Assembly: GCF_000485595.1 (NCBI RefSeq)
Contig: NW_014577067.1
Coordinates: 1,080,840 to 1,144,839 of the forward strand
Reading direction: 5' to 3'
DNA length: 64,000 nt
DNA from: Priapulus caudatus
Lineage: Eukaryota
The notes under the pieces are model-generated. The model had not been told where the DNA came from, searched no databases, and worked only from the letters and a program-made list of their open reading frames with translations. A program made the position numbers and the translations under genes. This document shows, piece after piece, positions 51,315 to 64,000 of the stretch (position 1 is its first letter; the number at the start of each line of letters is the position of its first letter).

Positions 51315-51606
51315 ATAATATATATACCTGTGAGCATCGACTGCTTGATTTGTTTCACGTTCATCTTTTCGAATTCACGCGAAGAAACGAGTACAAACAA
51401 ACAATACGCGTGTGCGATGAACTCTCTGTGACGGTGAACTGCCTGTCCAGCGGTGACTACTGCATGCGCGCAACCGTCAGTGAATCGAACGCGTTAACCG
51501 AAGTACGCAGTAAGGCAGAAAGTCACCTACCATAAACCGCCCTCCAACACTCTACTAACAGCGCACACGTGTGGCAACAGGCACGAGCCTTCCCATCTCT
51601 ATCTCA

Positions 51607-51638
<32 letters not shown>

Positions 51639-51911
51639 ATCTCTCTCTCTCTCTCTCTTTCACCAGCAGGAAATCCTGTCTTCACACCTGCCCCCCACTC
51701 ACTCACTGCAACTTCGCTTACAATTCGCTGTCCGCTTCCTTCCTCCTGACATTATACAGACATCCAGGCTCCAGCATATGAATCCATTAGTACAGCCATG
51801 TCATGGTATACATTCGTTATACACACTGTCAGCATATACATCTATTACACACACCAATATTACAACCAGTACACACACTCTACAAACTTCCAGCATGTGC
51901 ATCCTTAATAT

Positions 51912-52220
51912 CAAGAGCGTATAAACCCTTGAGTAAGAGCATAAATGATTAAAAGGGTTACATTGATGTACCTAATGGTATATTAGATACAATAATGTAA
52001 CCCAACACAGGCGTATGGTTACATTTGTTACGTTATGTATTGGGTTATACACCTACTCTTGTATCTCTTGTGCTGGGTTACATTATGTTAAACACAATAA
52101 ATGTAATCCAACATAAGAGCAAGTTACATTTGTTGAGTGGTCACTGGTGTGTTGGATTACAGTATACCCCTACTACCCTTGTGTTGTTTATTATTGTATC
52201 AAAGGGGTTATAAGCTCTTG
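51912..52220. mobile_element. CAAGAG-ended element enclosing TAGATACAA-family sequence
   Basis: CAAGAGCGTATAAACCCT start and GGGGTTATAAGCTCTTG end. Internal TAGATACAATAATGTAACCCAAC units at 51984-52202. Confidence 0.6.
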
Positions 52221-55200
52221 ATGTTATTATCGTACATTGTAATGTAACATACATTTTGCACACTGCCAGCATATACATCCATTACATACACCCACATTAC
52301 ATCCATGGTACATACACTGCACCACAGCCACACCATACACACACGCTCACCGCAGCGTCAACATATTACCGTTGACAGCTCTAAGACATTCCCTGATACC
52401 TCTCTCTCTCTCTCTCCGTGGTTGAATCTCACGTGAACAGCTGTGTGCCAAGCCATACATACATACAGGCCGTACACGCACATAGCGTGCAGCATGCAGT
52501 AACGCACCAGCCTATATATCCCGCTCGATAAAAGCTCCGCGTGAACTAAACTCTGCGTTTCAGCGACATAGACACATCCCGGACATTATTGCACACGCAG
52601 GAAAGACGTATAAAAACATATATATGTACAACGTCTAGGATATAGGATGACTTTCGAGTTATCCTCGTAGCGGCACACACTAACGCATGCTCGTAAAATG
52701 TTTATAATATGAAGCATATATTGCCAGCACCACAAACTATTTAGCCCGGTTTATGTGCTCTTGATATTGCTGATGTGATATGGAACTTGCAGAACGAGCG
52801 TCTGATGTAGATGAACAAGCTATAGAATCTGACTAACTATCAAACTATAAGCGACTAACTACAGAGTTTTCATCCATACCTTAGGCAGTGTGTAATATCT
52901 GACAATTTCACATCAACGCGTTTGCTAATTGTAACACGATATAGAAATTTCGACAGCTGCATTCGTGTGAGAGTTATCATTTATGGCTTCAGATATTTCA
53001 AGATTCAGGCAGGCACACGCTACTCGCGATGTTGTGATATACACGTATCGTTGCGAACGACATTTGTAGTTCGCTGAAGTATTAGCAGGGGTAAATAATA
53101 TATGTATTATAATTGGTAGTGAATAATCACAATTTGTGATTATATATTCCTCGTTATAATCAAAGTAACAGCAATAATATAAAATATCTAAAATATAAAA
53201 TAATAGCATCTAATTAATAAATATCTACTAGTATATTATGCAGTCCTGATATTCGTTCGTCAGAAATAATTTCATGCAATCTTTGCCGGCGTTTCGATGC
53301 GATCAAACCGCGCCAATCTAATTAGGCCATATACACACCTAGTTTGTTATCCAAATCGTGGAAAGATGATCGAACGGGTGCCATCACAAGATCTCGCGAT
53401 ACTCAAATCAAATGTCGCTCGTCGAACAAGCACACGCGTACGCACGCACAGAAATTCACGGTGTAGATAGCTTGCCCCGTGAGTCGGTTCTGAGAGACTT
53501 GTAGGACAGATGCAGCGAGCGGCAAAGATTCAAACTGCGTGACTAATACCAACGGCCGTGTCTGCCGGGGAACGGGGGGAGGGGAGGGAGGGAGGGAGGG
53601 CGGTGCGTGCGGGCTAAACGTTGCCAACGAACTCTGCTAGCCCTGCTACAACCTACACACAACGCACGTACCCATGCTTGCTACCTACGCCAGCCGCATG
53701 TACTACCATTAAACATGTCCCAGCTTTCAGCACCTCCGATTCGCATCGGTACCCCCGGGGGTGGGGTGTGATGGAGTGGGCGTACCTGGGAGGGCACCGA
53801 CGGCGGGAAATGAACGCAGAAAACTTTAATCCGACGAATATAAATAGATGCGATCGGTTAACGAACGAATGCGTTAAAAGATAACACGAGATCGCATTTT
53901 AAAAACGAATTTAACCTTTCTTGTTTGGGTGCCCGCCCCCACCGTCTTACAATAATTTGTCCCAGGTAACACCAGGGGTACACCTCGCCCGCTGAGTAGG
54001 CCAGTGGGGTAAGCCCACCCGATCATGTAGTCGGTTGATATTTGTGTCCGAACTAAAATCCAGCCCTAATATGTAGAAACTAATAGTAATTTGCTTATAA
54101 TAACATAACGCGTATGTGCGAATATACTTCTGATGCTACTCACCCACCTACTAGATATACTAGATAGAGTACCCAACAATATATATATATCAAGAGCTAA
54201 TAATACCTAGAGTGTACAACGGAAAAACGGGAAAATAGTGCTATTTCACGACTACATTATTCTACTTTGCCTGCGAGTCTAGAATAATTTCATGGTATTG
54301 CATTAAGCAGAATTCCTTGCTCTCTACAACAAGACCAACCGCTTGTCAATACGATACTCCTAGGCTGAGATATGAGAACAGACCACTATTAAATCCTCCA
54401 TAGGATNNNNNNNNNNNNNNNNNNNNNNNNNTATATATATATATATATATATATATCACGTAATACCGTGGTCACGCAAATGCGCGCATGCATGACGAGG
54501 CACAAGAGTCGATAACTATTAATTGGATCAGCACAGAACCTAAAGGCGTGCTGCGACGTCGGTATGTGACTGTGAGTGCCAGTTATAAAAATACTAGTAC
54601 AGCTAATACTCTGAATTGTCATCCCTTCCATGATTCCATCTCAACAAAAAACTGCAGTAAAGTTCAAACGTGCTGCTACATTGTCTGCATATATACTTTG
54701 CGCAGTCCCGAACGCCAATAACTAGCACGCCAAAATTGGGCCGAAGCGTCTTCGGGAAAATAGCACGAACGGCAGATTACGAAAAAAAAATAAGGCCTTA
54801 GTACAACTTTAGCTAGGAAGTTTCAAGTTTATGCGTATGTTAGTGAATGAGATTCTACGCGCAAAACACACCACACGGGAAAGTAGCACATGCGCAGTAC
54901 CCCCATCAGAGAACGGACCTTACAAATCCGGCCCAGAAACATGAGAGAAACGAAAAGGCATGACGATACATACGCCTTGCAGATCTACCGAGCTACTTTA
55001 CGATGTCTTGCTGCGGCGTAGAAGGTTAGAAACCACATGGGCTGAATTCGTGACATTTTGTCATGCTCGCTCCAATTAGAGCAACCAGTACACATAGTTT
55101 ACACCCACTAACACAATGTAGCCCGAAAAAAAAACATCCCACGACCAAAGAATCCGTTGATCTGCATCGCCCTCATCTAACGCCTTAGGAGCTAAATATA

Positions 55201-55246
55201 ACAAGGAGAGGAAGCGCCGCCATATCTGGCCCAAATTTGGGTTCGG

Positions 55247-55284
55247 CAGAGACCCTAGAACAGATTAGTGTTCTATTGTCTCTG
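55247..55284. mobile_element. 38-bp CAGAGAC micro-palindrome with 7-bp flanking repeat
   Basis: CAGAGACCCTAGAACA...TGTTCTATTGTCTCTG flanked by GGTTCGG/AGTTCGG. Confidence 0.65.
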
Positions 55285-55646
55285 AGTTCGGTCTGCACAG
55301 CCGTTTCAGCTGATTATGGTCCATAGATGGCGCCCTTGAGGCGAAAAGCGCACAGCCAATCCGCTTCCTCTCCTTGCTATCGCCTACATTCACTTACTGC
55401 GATGTGGCGGGCTCATGCAATGGATAGAAGAATACCACTTTGTTCGTAACAGTGACAATTGCGTCCACTCACACAATGACATGACAATAGCAGTTCAGTA
55501 CACCCCTCCCCATGTCCTCTCTCTCATACTCTCTCACACACACGCACGCTTGCACACACACGTACGTACGCTCGCACGGACATACACACAAGCGAATGCC
55601 CACACATATACGCACGCACAAACACACACACACACACACGCACACA

Positions 55647-55682
<36 letters not shown>

Positions 55683-57655
55683 CATACAGGAACGCACACA
55701 CACGCACGCACACACGCACCACCCACTGATGTTCTCAGACAACATGTAACAATACTGGCCGATGCAAATACCAGGCAAACAGAAGCAGTAGTTACAGACC
55801 TCTGCCACGTATCGGTTAATTTCACATGATTACGCGCTGTCACGCAGGGCAGAGTGAGATCTGAGGGGTAAACACAGAGATGAACACGTTATGTGATGTG
55901 TGTCAGCTCCACCTTTGGAATTACGTACATCATCTACATACTGCATGCTCTACATAGTGAGGCACACAGGAACAAGACCGAGACACACACCACTAATACT
56001 TAGAGCAAATGAAATATATACCTAGCTCTATCTTCACCGTGTGAGTATATATTATATAATATATATATCAGGAGTAAGTAATCTCTTAACAAAGAGCGTA
56101 AGGATTATTTTTCAAAGTTATGCCGTTTGAACGATGCACACCGTTCGTTTATCCGAGACCCCGATAAAGCAAGGACCCACTGTACATACATAGTGTCAGT
56201 GACACACAATCAACTCTCACCTGCTTGTCCTAGCACAGCTGCCTGCGCCTGCTTAATCCTTGATGGCTTCATTTATTACACTGACAGTATTCCACCGACT
56301 CCGTCACACAGTATAGGAACAGTTGGTCCGTCGACGACACAACACACACACAGCTCGACAATTAACCTCAATTACTCTGCGACGCAGGTAACGAGATGCA
56401 ATGAAAGCGATGACCGCGTCGCCACGGCAATGTCCTCAGAGATGCTGCCAAATTAAAGCTTACGGTCTCGGCACTTGAACCGAAGAGCTCTACTCTTGAT
56501 CGAAGGCACGTCGGTAACACGAAGCTAGTCAGCAGCACAAGCCGTAGGTACAACTCTTACCCGCTTACGGCTACCAATTAATATTTATTAAATTATTTAT
56601 TTATTTAATTATTGAAATTATTCGGCAAGCATCCTCGCACGAGGTACACTCCGATCGCGCACACCACAGAACACGCGCGCGCAAGGGAAAGCAGTCGATC
56701 ATAGCACAGCTAGGACAGAGAACTAAGCACCGAGCGGTTGTTCTGCGGCACCACCACCACCAACACCACCTACACGTGCATGCACTCAGACTGCGCCCCT
56801 CCTGGAGCGATCAGTCATAGCCAGCTTCTCATTTCCAAAAACTTCCGAACATGCATCATGCGAGTCTGCGCAAAAACAGATGTGGAAGTTTGCTTTCTTA
56901 GCGCTGCCTAACTTCTTTTCCCACATGGCAATAGGCCAAGAGTAATTGATGAAACGTGCGAGTGAGACTGCAAACACGCGAGGAGCTGGAGGAGGTAGGG
57001 TGGCTCAGCTGCTCACGCGCTGCTAAGTTTGAGGGCTTCAGAAGCAATATCATAATACTCTTAGTCTCTCACACACTGCGAAGATATACTGCTGTCGGGT
57101 ATTCTCCTCCCGACAACGGTAGTACAGCTACAGAGTGCGAAATTAGGGGGTGCGCAATCGTGGTAAACAAGACTTCATTTTTGAAAATACCGACCTCAAA
57201 ATCGCACTCCCACGTGCAAAATTTAGTGACCGTTCTTTTTCAGTGTGAATCCAAGATCTTCTGCTTGAAGAACGTTAGCGTTATGGAGGTACGGCGTACG
57301 CTGTTAACGGGAGAGTTTGGTTCCATATTACTCGCTTGTATCTGTACATTTTCACACCCTATGGTTGATTTACTGCCTCATATTTAAGGGTGCGTGCATT
57401 TTCAGCACCTCACCTAAAAAGTTAGTCGTGACCTCTGAGCTACTGTTGGCGACAGGGAATGTGGGCCCCAGATAGTGTAACTTGAACCATTATCCACATG
57501 CAACTTGCGTCTGAAATCGTGAGCACTGCGTAACAGTGAAAGATGTGCTGATGTAGAGGAAGGGATAGAGTGTGAGAGCGAGAGCAAGTGATAGAAAGCT
57601 AGGGGAGGGGTGAAAGCAAGACTTAAAGAAAGAAAGAGAGCGTGCAAGCGCACGC

Positions 57656-57708
<53 letters not shown>

Positions 57709-59563
57709 GGAGAGATAGAAAGAAAGAGCGAGGGCGAGAGATGGCCGGGCGAGAGATGTGTGAGAGCGAGCAAAAAGGGAGATCGAGAGAGAGAAAGAGA
57801 GAGAGAGCGAGAGAGCTGACATAATGTTCACTTAGCCAACATTTTACACTGAATCTCATCGATTTTAGAAAGCCGGCGTTCCATAGAGACAGATTGAAAA
57901 TTTATTGCACTTGGAAAGCCGATCATGAAGACAAAAGCCGTATGATTTCTTGATATCAGTTCGGAAAATCCACAGTTTTAGCTATGTGCCCACATCACCA
58001 GCTACATAGGCCCGTGTATCTGCCGTTAAAAAGTACATGCAAATTAACACTGGATGATAGAGCAACACACCCCCTCACAAAATATTGTCGCCTTAATAGG
58101 TCATCAAACTCCAGTATTTCCCTAAAGCCCAAATAACTATGAACGTGCAAGGAAAAATAGATCGTTGTGTTTGAGCAGGCAAAAAATGGACACTGCAGAA
58201 GGCCACATGTAGATAATTTTTAAGCTGTGTTGTCCCAGAAAGTAAAAGACAGGGAGACATGTTTTCAAATACTATCTGGAAAGTATCAACCAAGACGCTA
58301 CCATCTGTTTTAATATGCTCAGAAAGATTCTAGTTTTTTTTATCCTGGCAAATATATTGCCTTATGCGATGTGCTATCTTTGTCAATACATGAGTGATAC
58401 GCCAATACTCTTATCTTGGCAAATAATACAACACGTTCCTTGAGCTCGTGAAGTTGAGTAGAAACTAAATATATTCTGATTTCCATATATATAGGGTGTA
58501 GAATTTTGGTCAAGTGTTGATTTTATGAGCTCCCCCGGAATTGGGTGTATGTAATACATTCTGGACATTGTGCCCTCATGCAACATGTAAACAGTTAGCA
58601 ATTAAATATAGATATAGGCTTTCATATCCTGGAGATTATGACTGGCAAACAATTTCAGGTAGCCCTTGATTAATTTCTTATATATACCATAACATGATCA
58701 CCTATTGAAAATCATGTCTACCAGAATTTCCTTTAATTTGTGTAAAAATGGATAAATTAAGGTATACAAAACTATACTGTGACAGTGTGTATATAGCAAA
58801 ATGTCAATAAAAATACCTGCGTATCCACTGACTTAAGCATGCTATGCTAGGTCAGGTTAATTGCAATCAAGAACTCATAGCCAATTGGCATATGCAAACC
58901 CCATCCTAGCCAGCATATTTCTCCGAATACACCGATAAGCAAGTACTTAGTTATAGTCAGCAGTGCTCGAAATAAGCAATGGTCCGATGGTCCGGGGCCA
59001 TCAAATAATCAGGAGGATCATCAGATTTTCAAAATCAATGGTCCGACAGACCATTGAATATTTTGGTCCCATTTTATGGTAAATTTCTTGCATGCCGCAT
59101 TACTTTTAGAGGACAATTTGAAATTTAGGAGGACCATCTAAAATTTAGGAGGACCATCTAAATTTCAAACTAGATTTTTCCCCTTATTTCTACCCTTGAT
59201 AGTTACAACATAGCTCCTGCCCTCCCTCCCACCACCCAGCACACGGCTAGCAGCATATGTATGAGTAATTGTGCAGAAGAAACAAGGACACGCACATACA
59301 CACATACACGATGTGGCTGGCTGCCAACGCTTGACAAAAACTATTCCTGTGATAGTTTTAGAATTTCCTTTTTTTCTAAAGGAATTTCGACTAAAACTTA
59401 ATGAAACACAATGCTCACGCAAGAGTGCACATGCACTGGCAATATGAGAATGACAGTTTGTAGGAAGGTGCACAACTATGTTTTTTACATGCTGGAAAAT
59501 GTATCTGAGAGATAGCTGCATTCCTTCCTTTACTTAGGGTTTCACTCCCTCTTCAATTTCCCC

Positions 59564-59598
<35 letters not shown>

Positions 59599-59736
59599 TC
59601 TTCCTCTTCCTCTATCTCTCCCTCTCGCCCTTTTCACCTTATCTCTCCTTCTCGTCCTCGCCCTCTTTTCGTTGCCCTTGCCCACTCTTTTACTTTCTCG
59701 CTCTCCATCTCTTTCTCATACTTGTAAACATATTAC

Positions 59737-59775
59737 CAGGAGTGGATAATAGAGAATCTCTATTGTCTACTCCTG
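59737..59775. mobile_element. CAGGAG micro-palindrome (7-bp TSD family)
   Basis: CAGGAGTGGATAATAGAGA-A-TCTCTATTGTCTACTCCTG flanked by ATATTAC/ATATCAC. Confidence 0.82.
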
Positions 59776-60244
59776 ATATCACAATACCTGCTATCTAGAA
59801 TCGTGACCTGCGTATTGCGATACGTGGGTCATATACCTTTTACTAAATTAGACATATTCATGATTGATCAGTGGCTTGATTTTCAGCATTGGAACAGTAA
59901 CTATATTGAGATATGGTGTCATGACCATGTAGCATAATTATATGATTGATTAAATATTGCTTGCTAACATAGTTACATAGTGCCCTGAATTCAAAAGGGT
60001 GGGGGTGGGTTAGTGATATTTATCCGACTCCATTTACTCCTTTGCCACCATTCTATGTAGATGTCATCCTAACTGTTATGCATGCCTTACACTTATCTGC
60101 CTCGTGGGAAATCTAACTATAACTATAGATTAGGACACATAAACAATAATGAGCATCAACCAATTGATTTAAACCAACAGAAATTCCAGGGAAGTGCAAA
60201 CGTAAGAACCTGGAATGTTAAGCACATAGAAGTTATGAATGGGG

Positions 60245-60613
60245 TAGCTCTAGTAAAGTTCTATAGCCCGCGTGCAGTTGCCGCAGGGCTATAGGATCTT
60301 CTATTACGGATGCTCGGGACCAACTTAGTAACGGTTACTTGCAGCTATAAAACGTCTGTGATAGGCAATTAATGCCTCTTATCCGAAGTGAATATGTCTT
60401 AAGTTATATCCGCAACTAAAATTTAACCTCTAACTATCGTTGAAATGGTCTGCTTGTGGTATTTCTTGTGAACGAACATTTGATTTGCGAACTTCAAACG
60501 GCCATTTTTGGCAGCGATGCAGCAGCACCAGTCAGCGGGTTGGTTCCTAGCATTCGTAATAGAATGTCCTATAGCCCTGCGGCAACTGTACACGGGCTAT
60601 AGTACTAGAGCTA
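60245..60613. mobile_element. Longer TAGCTCTAG-family MITE (369 bp, 9-bp TSD)
   Basis: About 70-bp TIRs with perfect TGAATGGGG duplication (60236-60244 / 60614-60622). Confidence 0.9.
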
Positions 60614-61505
60614 TGAATGGGGTAGCAACACTGCCAGCTTAGTCAATCAAAGCAGATACAATCACTTTGGCTATTTTGGGCAGACGCTGCATATTGTATT
60701 TGTATAGAATACTGATATCATTTATTAATGCAGGTATGCGGAACCTGCCCATTGGCAAGTTCTCCACCTAATTAAAATAGTTGTATATGGTGATACACTA
60801 CTTTTTAGTCCAGTCATCTGGCTAATCTATCAGCATCATCTGATGGAAAGATTAAATGTATTTCAGTGCAGTGGATCAATTTAACAAAAACAAACTACTT
60901 GTGAAGCTTGGCAGATCTTGTAGAGCTGGCATAAACACAGATACAATAATGTAACCCAACAAGAGTAGGGTTACAATGCGAGCCTATTCTTTTCTTTGGA
61001 GGAGCCCCTGAGTGATTCACTCAGGGCGGTTTTATGGTGCGTTTTTAAAGACTACAACTTCAAAACTGGGTTTATTCTAAACACGAACCTTTCTCCGCTA
61101 TTCTGGGACTTACTATGTATCACGATACTCTGTATTAAAGGCTCACAATGCGCATCCAAACGCTAATTTCTCCAGTACTAGACTAGCAAATACTTCGTGT
61201 CATGCATAATCATACTACCTTATGGCAAAATAAACTCTAGTTCCTCCCATTTCACTGCGCGTTGTCTTATAAAAGGTATTTTGAAATACTGCCAATGTTG
61301 TTGAAATTCTCCGATGTTGTTGACAGTTTTTCCCAATCCCCAAGCAAACCGTGCAGCGGTGCTGCGGTACAGCGGTTGGGCGCAGCGAGAGATAAAAACA
61401 TGTCGACGTCACGTCGACCACTTCGAGCTATTTTGTTTGCAAACAGTCGGCGTTTGCGCACAGAGATGCAGTTTTCTCAACCTGCTCTTTCTCTGTGGGT
61501 TTTAA

Positions 61506-62128
61506 AGGAAGCAGTAGCCTCTAGGTGCTAAGGTTATTTTCCAGCTAAATTTAGGTTATCATTGCGGCTACAATAAAAAGTTTTCATTGTTTCAATCACT
61601 ATTCAGAAATATTTTTAAAAAATGTTTTAAAACTAACGACTACAGTTTGATTTACAGGACGACGGTTGGCGCCACTAGAGCGCACAGATATGAGAAGTAT
61701 GCGGCAAACAAACATTTTCCTGTGGCCAAGGGGCTAAGCAGACCGAGGGTATTTCTTATTTCTTCACTTTAAAAGAAAAGGATTGTAATAATCTTATGAA
61801 GCGACATATAGTTTCAGTTATAATATGGATAAATTGCCCTAAAATGAATATCGTTTCCGGTTAACTAGCATTTAGGTATATAATATAATTGGCAGCTTTT
61901 GTGATTAGCCTCGGTCATTTACCTGCACACACAAAAACTGCAAATACGCAACTTTTTCAGGGTGGCGCACGGTCCGGGGTGTCCATGGCGCCGTTCAAAT
62001 TTGTAGCGTTGATGTGTAAATAATTAAGTTAAGTATCTGGTGACATATAACATGGTGGGTATAGACGATATTGTTTACTAGTAAGTAAAGCAGTTGTATG
62101 CAGTAAAATCCTAGGGCTACTGTCCCCT
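61506..62128. mobile_element. Kolobok-like non-autonomous element (TTAA TSD)
   Basis: TTAA|AGGAAGCAGTAGCCTCTAGG ... CCTAGGGCTACTGTCCCCT|TTAA. Purine-purine start with TTAA duplication. Confidence 0.72.
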
Positions 62129-62270
62129 TTAAGCAAACGCGCAGGTGAAATGGGAGCAACTAGAGTTTTTTATTTTGTCATAAGGTAGTGTGATTATGCA
62201 GTGACACGAAGTATTTGCTAATCTAGTACTTGAGAAATTAGCGTTTGGATGCGCATTGTGAGGCCTTTAA

Positions 62271-62574
62271 ACTATTTATAACCTTGTTAAACAAAATTTC
62301 GAAGTGACGAGCGGGCGATATTTTCGAGCTGCGCATTTTCTGTTGACGGCTGTGACGTACAGATTCCGCAATGCGCATAGCGTTCGGCTAACTTCGTGCA
62401 TGACGTCATGACTGAAGCCGCAGGCAATCCGCATGATACATTCGATCTTGAGTCGAATGTTAGGGCGAACGCTATGCGCATTGGGAATCTGTAGCGTCAC
62501 AGGTCAACCGAAATGGCCGCTCTGAAATATCGCGGCTCGTCAACTTTCACATTTTGTAAGCAGGTTATAATAGT
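62271..62574. mobile_element. TTAA-targeted MITE inserted in the right arm of the foldback
   Basis: TTAA|ACTATTTATAACC...GGTTATAATAGT|TTAA. The left arm shows the empty site with a single TTAA (about 61135-61138). Confidence 0.88.
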
Positions 62575-64000
62575 TTAATACAGAGTATTGTGATACATAG
62601 TAAAGTCCCCAGGTATACAGAGAAAGGGTTCATGTTTTAGAATAAACCCATGTTTGGAAGTTTTAGTCTCGCAAAACACACACATAAGAACTGTCTCCTG
62701 AGTGAATCACTCAGGGGCGTCCTCCAAAGGAAAAGAATAGGCTCACATGTGTAACCTACTCTTGTTGGTTACATTGATTGTATTAGCAAAAACATAACAG
62801 AATAGGCAAGAAGGACTCGTTGCGCTTGACTGCAAGATGCGCAGATCGTTTCAGTCATTGTAGTGGCGGCATTAGCAGGCTCTATTGAGTGGCGAGTTCT
62901 AGTTTGCAACCACCTTGCACATTTGCCATGTTAGTCCTTGGGCAGGTACGTCTCATTAATAAATTGTTATTAAAAACCGGGTTATAACCACTCTGACAAC
63001 GTGTAGCGACACAAATTGGCTCGAGTTAATGTCTGAGATTGGTATAGGGTTCCAAATATTGAAATATAGCTGTTGTGGTGAACTAAGGGCCTAGTGCTAC
63101 TCGGCCTAGACTAAATGCAGTAATGAATGTTTGTATTACTGAATACTGTACTTGGATATAGTCAGGAGTAGAATTTATCATCGGTGCCTGATATTGGTGT
63201 GACAGTACACACAGGCTATATATAGAACAGTGGTTGTAGTCCATGCTTTATCCTAAATTCATGCCGTGGCTAAATATAAACTAGCTTCAAACGCCCGTTA
63301 ATGTTATTGTTAGTAGACATTACGTCAGTTAATTAGCAGTGATTATCTTGATTTGCGATTTCTGTGAAGAGTTTAATGGAATTTGCAATGCTGAAAATCA
63401 TTGCATTAGAAAACGTAATCTGAATGTTATGTTACGTCTCTTTTACGGTAGGAACGCGTTAAACTCCGAACGAGTGGGCAACAGTGAAGCGACGTTATGA
63501 CCGCCTCAGCCTACGGCTTATAATTGGTAGTGATAAATCAACTTACCCATTTCTTTCTCAGCTGTTTATGTCCCTAAACCGCCGCGCCAACTTGTTTGAG
63601 TAGAAAAGACAAAACAAATTCAGTTAGACACTGCCATCTATTGTTAGGGCTATTGTGGGTATTACCAATATACGCCTATATAATATGTGCGTGGAAAAAT
63701 CGAGTGTGAGCTTGTTATCATGGCTTTATAGTAGTTAGAATGAATGTGGAATGTCATGTAGAAATAAGCCCAAGATTATAGTTCGATATAATGTAAATAT
63801 GAAACGTGTATCCGTTAGAAAATCATTAAGTTCGACTCTTGAGTTTCGGTTTACGCAATTTCTCATTCGCGCCGCAAGGCCGGTTGTGCTCACGGTTGCG
63901 ATTTCCCTCGCCGCGGTGAGAGATACCTGGCTGACGGTCGTAAGATCCCGGTTGTACAAATAGATAAAGATGTTTTGTAATGATTGGTGCGAAATGTTAT

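Larger units (their letters stand above)
60938..62785. mobile_element. Long-TIR foldback element (TAGATACAA family) with nested insertions
   Basis: The roughly 330-bp left arm (60938-61268) is reverse-complemented at 62133-62270 plus 62575-62785. Flanks GCATAAACA / GCAAAAACA match 8/9. Confidence 0.88.

Overview
This is eukaryotic (invertebrate-metazoan-like) draft-assembly DNA, mostly intronic or intergenic. It is dense in microsatellites, with seven N-gaps and several indel-noisy stretches that look like long-read gap fills. No prokaryotic operon, CRISPR array or RNA gene is supported, and nearly all supplied ORFs are microsatellite or gap artefacts. One convincing first coding exon lies on the minus strand (23828-23406, phase-0 GTAAGT donor, product unidentified). 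A weaker second minus-strand exon ends at a GTAAGT donor at 5845, so the rest of the gene probably lies left of the window. The main structure is a set of non-autonomous DNA-transposon elements whose terminal inverted repeats (TIRs) and target-site duplications (TSDs) can be read directly. These are: (i) many 21-70 bp CA(A/G)GAG...CTC(T/C)TG palindromes with 7-bp AT-N-N-TA-N TSDs, which resemble TIR-retaining excision footprints; (ii) TAGCTCTAG, TAGATACAA and GCTGA families with 9-bp TSDs, two of which duplicated a splice donor; (iii) a 1.85-kb long-TIR foldback carrying two nested TTAA insertions; (iv) Harbinger-, Kolobok-, Tc1/pogo- and Helitron-like elements. A 6-kb inverted/direct duplication at 33.8-39.9 kb is probably an assembly artefact. 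All superfamily assignments are inferred from termini and TSD length; no database search was run.
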